IMG/VR virus record: IMGVR_UViG_3300020608_000013
Coordinates: 148,021 to 212,020 of that record
Strand: one strand, 5' to 3'
Length of the DNA: 64,000 nucleotides
Shown here: positions 57,807 to 64,000 of the stretch, one piece after another
Layout of the letters: the number at the start of each line of letters is the position of its first letter
Position numbering within the stretch: the stretch's first letter is position 1
Made by a program: the position numbers and the translations under genes
Notes under the pieces: generated by a model
The model's database searches: none
What the model saw: only the letters and a program-made list of their open reading frames with translations
What the model was told of the DNA's origin: nothing

Positions 57807-58441
57807 ACACTACCCCCAAACTCCATACCGCTTTCGGACACAAGTTTAATAAGCACAATTTGCTCTTTCATAAACTCTGTACCAATGACCTCCATTTCAT
57901 GCGGCGATGTCCCTCGGAGGTAGTGGTCTACGAAGCGCTTATTGCAAGCCATTATACTTTCTGATGGTGGACTACTAAGTAAATGTTTTGTAATAAGTCG
58001 GTGGGTAATAGTATACCCAGCCATATGTCTCAGCAAGTCTCGTATACTGGCTAGGTGCGTAGTCTCTAGGTTGTTCGCTACATGTTTAGCAATTTCACCC
58101 AAGTAGAACCTTGTAGCCATATCTTTGAAATGACTTGGTTCGTATTCCACAACAGAGAACCCATTAACAAATCTCTCTAGTTTATATGCCAACATAGGAT
58201 CAGTGGGGAGGTATTCTAATTTCTCCTCAAGCGGAATACGATTTTTGTTAGATATTACGACACCCTTACTTTTCAGTAGGTGTTTCGCTTTAGCGGTATC
58301 GTAAAGAACCATTAAGTCTACAAAACGCTCACGAGAGCTTTGTAGCATGTGTGCTCCCTGATAAATGTGCATCAAACGAACACATTCTTTTGTGTAAACT
58401 AACGAAGTATCGGTATCGAATAACATGTCTTTAATACTCAT
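57803..58441 (-). CDS. Hypothetical protein (212 aa)
   Basis: ORF track; ATGA overlaps. Confidence 0.8.
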   Translation of the reverse strand: MSIKDMLFDTDTSLVYTKECVRLMHIYQGAHMLQSSRERFVDLMVLYDTAKAKHLLKSKGVVISNKNRIPLEEKLEYLPTDPMLAYKLERFVNGFSVVEYEPSHFKDMATRFYLGEIAKHVANNLETTHLASIRDLLRHMAGYTITHRLITKHLLSSPPSESIMACNKRFVDHYLRGTSPHEMEVIGTEFMKEQIVLIKLVSESGMEFGGSV

Positions 58442-58647
58442 ACTACATCACCCATAACGAAAACTTTATCAAAAATGTGATTTACTCGATCCCAAACGAG
58501 CGGTTTTAGGGGTCTTTTGGGGTCAATTGTTAGAAACAACGTGTTACCCGTCTGTTTTAACAGTTTCGATTCTAGTACAGTTTCCACTGCGTCACTGCGT
58601 AAACGCCACTGCGATTTCTTATTTTTTAATACCATAATTACCTCCAA
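58438..58647 (-). CDS. Hypothetical protein (69 aa)
   Basis: ORF track. Confidence 0.65.
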   Translation of the reverse strand: MEVIMVLKNKKSQWRLRSDAVETVLESKLLKQTGNTLFLTIDPKRPLKPLVWDRVNHIFDKVFVMGDVV

Positions 58648-59213
58648 TTTAAAATAACTTCATCAATTAAAAGTTTGATTTTTAGATACGTTTGTTTTTG
58701 TTCAGTAAACAACTTATCATGGCGTTGATCTACAGACTTTACCTTTGCCATCAGGTTAGTCGCTTTGTTGAAGATAACACCTTCTTGTGCTCTTGCCGCT
58801 GGACAATTTTTGACTTCAATCAACTTCCTTAGTTTTTTAAGCTGGTTGATTAGATTGTCTACTTGTTTTGACACTTTTTTTAGAGTGTGAAAAACTTTCA
58901 CACGCTCGTCTACAATGCCATTGTAGCGATGGACTTCGCCCTCCAATGTGTCAAGACGATCTAGACGTTCTATCATACACTGACGCAGTTTGTCATTGAG
59001 TTGTAAACTCGCATCTGCGTTTACCGTACGTCGCCTTTCCAACAACTTGCGTATATTACGTGTGTAGTAATCCCTACGACGTATTGTCGTAGAGCGAAGT
59101 ATGTGTAGCGCATCCATTGCTTGTTCAAGTACTATACTTTCCATTTTCCAATCCAAAGGTAAATTACCGATACCATAAAAAATCACCACCGACACGTCTG
59201 GCAAAGACCTCAA
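58638..59213 (-). CDS. Basic coiled-coil protein (likely start MESIVL)
   Basis: K/R-rich heptad pattern. Confidence 0.7.
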   Translation of the reverse strand: MRSLPDVSVVIFYGIGNLPLDWKMESIVLEQAMDALHILRSTTIRRRDYYTRNIRKLLERRRTVNADASLQLNDKLRQCMIERLDRLDTLEGEVHRYNGIVDERVKVFHTLKKVSKQVDNLINQLKKLRKLIEVKNCPAARAQEGVIFNKATNLMAKVKSVDQRHDKLFTEQKQTYLKIKLLIDEVILNWR

Positions 59214-60048
59214 TACCCTTCGCTTTAAGGTCAGATAGCGTCTCTAAAAAAGTTCCATCCATAGTAGTCACATCATCGACAATGACCCTTTTCAGAACTT
59301 TACTGTATAACAACGCTTCATGGTTTATAACGGTCGCTGAAGTGATAACAAGTCGCGATACGTTTGTTATATATGGTCTGGATAAATCATACACCTTCGC
59401 ACCAAAACCAATCGTTGTAGAATGCAGCTTTAAATCATGTAAGTGTGATTCGTTCAACATCCTATCAACCCCTGTTAGAAATAAGTGTCGAAAATCATGT
59501 ATCTTCTTCACGTTTGTGAAGTCACAATAGCGACGTTTCGTGAACAACGCATCATATTTCAAATGTTTATCCGTGACATCGGCCAATACACTTGTTAACC
59601 GCCCTTGATCTAAAGACCACCCGCCATCAACCTTATCACGATCTTGTATATCGAGGATAAGTGGGTGGTCGCCTATCAATGGGTGTGTGTATTCTTCAAA
59701 GGGTTTTGACACTTTTACCCTGTTTTCAATACAATACTCTACTAGAGTATCTAGCTCGCTAATAGAGGTTATCCTGGGGTGTATTATAGACACTGCTTCT
59801 AATGAGGGGTTGTGGAGTAGTTCTACGCCCTTTTTTAGGTTGAAGCAGGGTGAATCCCTAATATAAAGATACCTTATCTTTTTACCTACCAGGAATGTAA
59901 GGTCGATCGGTGTATTGTTACCGATAAACCTTAATGTTTTGAATTTAATAGGCAGGTGATACAACTCTCTGGGAGTGTAGAATATCCCCTTATCAATCCT
60001 AGCTTCCGCAATATCCCAATCATGGGGTATTGAGTAATTTGTCATCAT
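59164..60048 (-). CDS. LRR-like array protein (294 aa)
   Basis: IRYLYIRDS, NPSLEAVSI, VSRLVITS; LKAKGIEV cap. Confidence 0.8.
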   Translation of the reverse strand: MMTNYSIPHDWDIAEARIDKGIFYTPRELYHLPIKFKTLRFIGNNTPIDLTFLVGKKIRYLYIRDSPCFNLKKGVELLHNPSLEAVSIIHPRITSISELDTLVEYCIENRVKVSKPFEEYTHPLIGDHPLILDIQDRDKVDGGWSLDQGRLTSVLADVTDKHLKYDALFTKRRYCDFTNVKKIHDFRHLFLTGVDRMLNESHLHDLKLHSTTIGFGAKVYDLSRPYITNVSRLVITSATVINHEALLYSKVLKRVIVDDVTTMDGTFLETLSDLKAKGIEVFARRVGGDFLWYR

Positions 60049-60299
60049 AATCTATTACTCTCTGTCTCTTTTAAAAAACGGATAAAAATATTGACTAACG
60101 TATCATAGTCAACCCCTTCTTCCATAAGTTGCTCCATACCCAAAACGGGTTTAGTATAGCACGCCTCTAGTTGTATTAACACATCGTATAGGTCATACGA
60201 CCCTCGTGTAATACACTCGTGCGCTAGGCTCTTTAGTTTAGCACATCTATGGGGCACGCCAGGAATCGCGTAGTTTAATTTCACTTCTTCCATTTTCAC
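60045..60299 (-). CDS. Hypothetical protein (84 aa)
   Basis: ORF track. Confidence 0.7.
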   Translation of the reverse strand: MKMEEVKLNYAIPGVPHRCAKLKSLAHECITRGSYDLYDVLIQLEACYTKPVLGMEQLMEEGVDYDTLVNIFIRFLKETESNRL

Positions 60300-60304
60300 C
60301 TCTC

Positions 60305-60979
60305 TTAGTCTTTCATATCTTCCAAACGAGTTTGGTCGAACCCTAACTTTTTATCGATATTAATAGCCAAATTTAGTAAATCGCGGCGAAGATACCGAAT
60401 ATTAATCAACATCTTACTTATTTGAACACTATACTTCCCCATCCCTTCCTTTTTTAAACGGAAGGCTTTACTATCTTTTTTAGTAATATGTTTATTAAAG
60501 TATGCGTATTTCGACGCATCGTTATCTAGTCGAGAAACCATTCGCTCAGCTTCTCTATAGTTAGAAAGTAATGTATCATATTTCTCTAAGCTACTATAGC
60601 AGTCATAATACCGTTTCATGGTTTTTCGTCTATGCGCTTGACGAACTTTCAGTACACTTTTAACCCTCTGTAAACGCTTTTTTAGGGTAGGCGATAAGAG
60701 AGGGTTTGATAATTTATGTTTGATAAATACATAGCGCTCCAACTCCTCATACAAAATTCTTTCGTGGGTGCGTATAACTCTATCTAATAGACAACGTGTA
60801 TGTTTTGGATACCTCTTCAATGCTAAATCCTCGCTATTCATATCATGTAAATATTCTTTTCTTGACTTGAACGAGATTTTCTGTACTCTCATGATAACAC
60901 CTTCAATTTTATAGAAACAATCGTTAAAAAATACAGATAGTGAGTGGGGACTTCCCCACTCACTATCTGTACTCCGCAT
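60305..60979 (-). CDS. Highly basic helical protein, pair F (up to 224 aa)
   Basis: YAYFNKHITKKDS block shared with the next gene. Confidence 0.75.
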   Translation of the reverse strand: MRSTDSEWGSPHSLSVFFNDCFYKIEGVIMRVQKISFKSRKEYLHDMNSEDLALKRYPKHTRCLLDRVIRTHERILYEELERYVFIKHKLSNPLLSPTLKKRLQRVKSVLKVRQAHRRKTMKRYYDCYSSLEKYDTLLSNYREAERMVSRLDNDASKYAYFNKHITKKDSKAFRLKKEGMGKYSVQISKMLINIRYLRRDLLNLAINIDKKLGFDQTRLEDMKD

Positions 60980-60998
60980 AGACTAAATCGCGCACACC

Positions 60999-61574
60999 CT
61001 AAATAATTCTAGTAAGGCGACTTTCTAAGTAAGCCACCTCGATTTTAAGGAAGCGTAGTTGTTTTTCATACTTCTTTAATCGCTGCTTTTTAATAATATT
61101 CGATCCTGAATCCTCTTCAGTGATGTGCCTATTAAAATGCTCAAACTTTTTCTCATCTTTAAGCGTTCGATGAAGTCTATGTCGTACATTTTTGTAGATT
61201 TCTAATGTAGTTCTATACTCATCTAGTTTCAAAATTGCTTCACCAAACCTATCAACCACTTTCATCCGATGTTGGATTCGCTTAACTATTGACGCTTTAG
61301 AACGAACATAACGTTTAAGCATAGATGGACGATCTTCTTTGGTTATTAATCTATCGATGTAGTCTATTCGTCTAGCATCGATAACATCACACCTAACCAA
61401 CTGACTATAGCGTTCAACGATCACTTTACCCGTCACTTTCAGAAAACGGTTCAGTGTGTTAAAACGCCTTAATTCCATAGTACGCAGCTTTTTAGGGGTT
61501 ATTAACAGCGTATAAGATTTCATCACAATCTCCCTATTAGAGGTAATGTAAGTCCGAAACAGGTACGCCCGCAA
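60999..61574 (-). CDS. Highly basic helical protein, pair F (up to 191 aa)
   Basis: FEHFNRHITEEDS block. Confidence 0.75.
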   Translation of the reverse strand: MRAYLFRTYITSNREIVMKSYTLLITPKKLRTMELRRFNTLNRFLKVTGKVIVERYSQLVRCDVIDARRIDYIDRLITKEDRPSMLKRYVRSKASIVKRIQHRMKVVDRFGEAILKLDEYRTTLEIYKNVRHRLHRTLKDEKKFEHFNRHITEEDSGSNIIKKQRLKKYEKQLRFLKIEVAYLESRLTRII

Positions 61575-61830
61575 TGCGATACCGTGTAGTACTCACCTTT
61601 ATTTTCACTTGATAGCACTGACTTGCACCGCAGTGTTTGACAGTTGGCGCGTAAACAAGGACTTCGTTATGGTGATCCTTAATCAGTCCGTCTATTTTCT
61701 CCAGTATTTCTTTGTTCGTCTTTACAGTGCCCTCTTTGTGTGCTTTCTCAAGCCAGTTTAGTGCCATTTGTTCAACCAAACGTGTTCTGTGTTTTACATC
61801 TTTATTTTTCATTTCGCTCTCCGTTTCCAT
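61537..61830 (-). CDS. Hypothetical protein (97 aa)
   Basis: ORF track. Confidence 0.7.
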   Translation of the reverse strand: METESEMKNKDVKHRTRLVEQMALNWLEKAHKEGTVKTNKEILEKIDGLIKDHHNEVLVYAPTVKHCGASQCYQVKIKVSTTRYRIAGVPVSDLHYL

Positions 61831-62047
61831 AAATTACTGATTTATTAGACAGGTCGGTCAACTCCACCACATTATCTCTAGTGTTTGCAGAGAATATATA
61901 AAACGACTCTTTCAAAAGTTCTCGGTGTTTGTAATTCAACTCAAGAACTAAATAACGTAGTTCATTAGAGCACATTTTCCGTTTATTGTGCTTACGAACT
62001 ATATTCAACAATTTGCGATAGACCATACTAAACTCGTAAAGCGTCAC
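61802..62047 (-). CDS. Hypothetical protein (81 aa)
   Basis: ORF track. Confidence 0.65.
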   Translation of the reverse strand: MTLYEFSMVYRKLLNIVRKHNKRKMCSNELRYLVLELNYKHRELLKESFYIFSANTRDNVVELTDLSNKSVIYGNGERNEK

Positions 62048-62082
62048 TCACTACCTTTATTAGATAGTGAGTGACTGGTTAG

Positions 62083-62292
62083 TTAAGTTTCAAACGGAGT
62101 AAAGCTCCATTTTACACGTATGTGGTTCTCTGACAGCATAGAGATGTACCCCTCTATCAAAACGTCAGGGTATGCTCTAGCTACCTGGGAAACCATTTCT
62201 ATTTCAAGGTCGCGTTTATTTAAAACGACATCCCCAGCCGTCTCAAAGGCTAGAGTATTGGCAACTCTATCCATATAGGTTTGTATACTCAT
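62083..62292 (-). CDS. Hypothetical protein (69 aa)
   Basis: ORF track; ATGA overlap. Confidence 0.7.
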   Translation of the reverse strand: MSIQTYMDRVANTLAFETAGDVVLNKRDLEIEMVSQVARAYPDVLIEGYISMLSENHIRVKWSFTPFET

Positions 62293-62783
62293 TCCACTTT
62301 ACTCCCTTTAACAGCAAGTTCGTATTTATCGCTCTTCGTTTTACTATAATAGACAATACTAAAGTTATCGAAATTTACGCCCTCGATCACACTTGTGACC
62401 TCTTCTACCTCAACAGGTGTCGCTCCACCCAACTTAGCAGAGACTTGGGCTGACAACGCTCTGTCATAAATAAATGTCTTTTTAAGATACCAAGACACAT
62501 CTTTAAAAAAACGACTCAATAACCCACGACCATCTTTTTTAAACGCAACATGGATTTTTATATGCGTTGTACCGTCTTTATGGCCGTTACTCTCGAATTG
62601 AGTAATAATAACATCATCACTCCAACCGACGAACACGTCGTCGATGACACCTTGAAGTGTGTAAAGTGTCGGGAGAGTGCTGTCGTAATAATGTTCTATT
62701 AGGGCACTGTGCGTTTTGATTCGCGTATTCGCGGCCATGTTCTTTAGTTCGTCAGAATAAATAATTTTAAATGTACTACTCAT
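62289..62783 (-). CDS. Hypothetical protein, pair G (164 aa)
   Basis: GVNFDNFSIVY...YELAVKG shared with 62987..63457. Confidence 0.8.
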   Translation of the reverse strand: MSSTFKIIYSDELKNMAANTRIKTHSALIEHYYDSTLPTLYTLQGVIDDVFVGWSDDVIITQFESNGHKDGTTHIKIHVAFKKDGRGLLSRFFKDVSWYLKKTFIYDRALSAQVSAKLGGATPVEVEEVTSVIEGVNFDNFSIVYYSKTKSDKYELAVKGSKVE

Positions 62784-62808
62784 GATTTTTACCTTAGTTT
62801 AATAATAA

Positions 62809-62845
62809 ATGGTTACGCGGTATTGTAACCATCTTTATAATATAC
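62809..62845 (-). promoter_or_regulatory. Promoter motif (62836-62845) plus 8-bp hairpin
   Basis: GTATATTATA; ATGGTTAC/GTAACCAT. Confidence 0.7.
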
Positions 62846-62986
62846 GCCCGACCTATTTTATAATAAAGTATTTTACACTATCAACGTAAATATAACATTA
62901 CAAAGTGGTGTAAGAAATAAAAAAAATAGAGCTAGATAATTATGTATGCCGTGAAACAATGTCACGACATACTCAATAATAAGAGA

Positions 62987-63457
62987 CTAAATAGTCTTAC
63001 CTTTCACGGACACATCATATCCGTCTTGGTTGCGAAGGTAGACTATCTTAAATTCCTTAAAGCGTAAACCTTTATAAAGCTGCCCTAGATTTATTTTGCG
63101 AAGGTCTAATGGTAAGTCACGCTCCTCTCTAGCGATGTTGGTAAAATGTTTTGTCAGTTCCTTTGACTCTAGTCCAAAAACTGAGCCTAGGTCTAAGCTA
63201 CGTAAGCGATGTGAGAATAATAAGTCTAGTGATTCTAGTCTTTCTTCCTTAGCGGCGACTAAAACTTTAACTTCGACATCATTCCCTTTAATAACACTTT
63301 CATACCTTAACACAGAGGCATTGCAATGTATTTTAAACACTTCATTAAGCTCTGCTAATGTCTTAGCATTCTTAATTTTAACTGCATCGCGTACTTCATC
63401 AAAATTGATTTCTTTACTTAGTTTAAGACTTAGGTGTAATGAGTAGGTTGTTTTCAT
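62987..63457 (-). CDS. Hypothetical protein, pair G (156 aa)
   Basis: GLRFKEFKIVY...YDVSVKG. Confidence 0.8.
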   Translation of the reverse strand: MKTTYSLHLSLKLSKEINFDEVRDAVKIKNAKTLAELNEVFKIHCNASVLRYESVIKGNDVEVKVLVAAKEERLESLDLLFSHRLRSLDLGSVFGLESKELTKHFTNIAREERDLPLDLRKINLGQLYKGLRFKEFKIVYLRNQDGYDVSVKGKTI

Positions 63458-63485
63458 GGTAATTCCCTATTTGATGTTTAAAAGA

Positions 63486-63522
63486 GTGGCTAGTTCTATT
63501 ACTAGTCACCTTTATAATATAC
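63486..63522 (-). promoter_or_regulatory. Promoter motif (63513-63522) plus 9-bp hairpin (one mismatch)
   Basis: GTATATTATA; GTGACTAGT/ACTAGCCAC. Confidence 0.7.
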
Positions 63523-64000
63523 ATCAAACTTATTTTAAATTAGTATTTCTGTCTTCACTATCTACTACTCCTATATCTTATTTTTACCCCAACGCTTATC
63601 TTCTAAATAAACCCAGGGGTAGGGAAGGGAATAAACACTCTTATACTTAAAATTAATATACAATACTAGATAGACTATACATTACACTTGAATACCTTTT
63701 ATCATTAACCTCTTTACTTACTGTATAATCATTTATTTCTTTTACTAATGATCGCTAGGATTATATAAATAACATAAACAATATACTAAACTTCTTTATA
63801 ATACTCCTCTTAAGAAGGGCTACCCCCCCCCCAAGTATGCTTAGTTTAGTGTTTGATGGCTCGTTCCTTCGTAACTCGTACAATACATTACAACACAAGG
63901 TATAAAAATACAGAGTGAAAAATAGGCAAAAAAAATAACATAACGAATAGGTATGCCTTAAGGGTTTACTCTAGCCAATCGCTTAGATCGAAATCATTGC

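Noticed and set aside
37220-60048. Diversity-generating retroelement or shufflon driving LRR variation
   Set aside because: No reverse transcriptase, recombinase, template/variable repeat pair or repeated crossover sites are visible in the window
628-63650. Many 60-140 aa ORFs on the strand opposite long genes (e.g. 628..840, 7846..8187, 41166..41600, 45031..45333, 49472..49792, 54450..54782, 59117..59530, 63096..63446, 63456..63650)
   Set aside because: Antisense shadows of real genes or AT-rich chance ORFs: no RBS, S/T/L-rich composition, against local operon polarity
1-64000. tRNA/rRNA genes, integrase, transposase, alternative genetic code
   Set aside because: None recognised; long ORFs pack tightly under the standard code with TAA, TAG and TGA all used as stops

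Overview
AT-rich bacteriophage DNA, most likely from a phiKZ-like (Chimalliviridae-type) jumbo phage. Support for this: Shine-Dalgarno sites, intrinsic terminators, near-unidirectional (- strand) gene packing, phiKZ-like virion genes, a phage DHFR and a repeated phage-specific promoter-like motif. Positions 5.1-10.9 kb hold a small structural/tail-fibre cluster plus DHFR. Almost everything else is a putative early accessory region built from lineage-specific paralogue expansions. The dominant feature is a ~23 kb tandem array of 23 divergent leucine-rich-repeat (LRR)-like genes (37.2-60.0 kb), with one outlier at 27.5 kb. Two paralogous signal-peptide proteins and a tiny lipoprotein are interleaved in the array. 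Other observations: 12 same-orientation intergenic copies of the motif (G/A)TATATTATA (- strand), most abutting a downstream hairpin; a decayed KilA-N gene fragment bracketed by two homologous TCGAATTCGA-centred palindromes; a DarG-like macrodomain gene near a SLOG-domain fusion; and three unannotated, very acidic microproteins. No tRNA, rRNA, CRISPR array, integrase or transposase was seen. All family assignments come from motif recognition by eye, not database searches.
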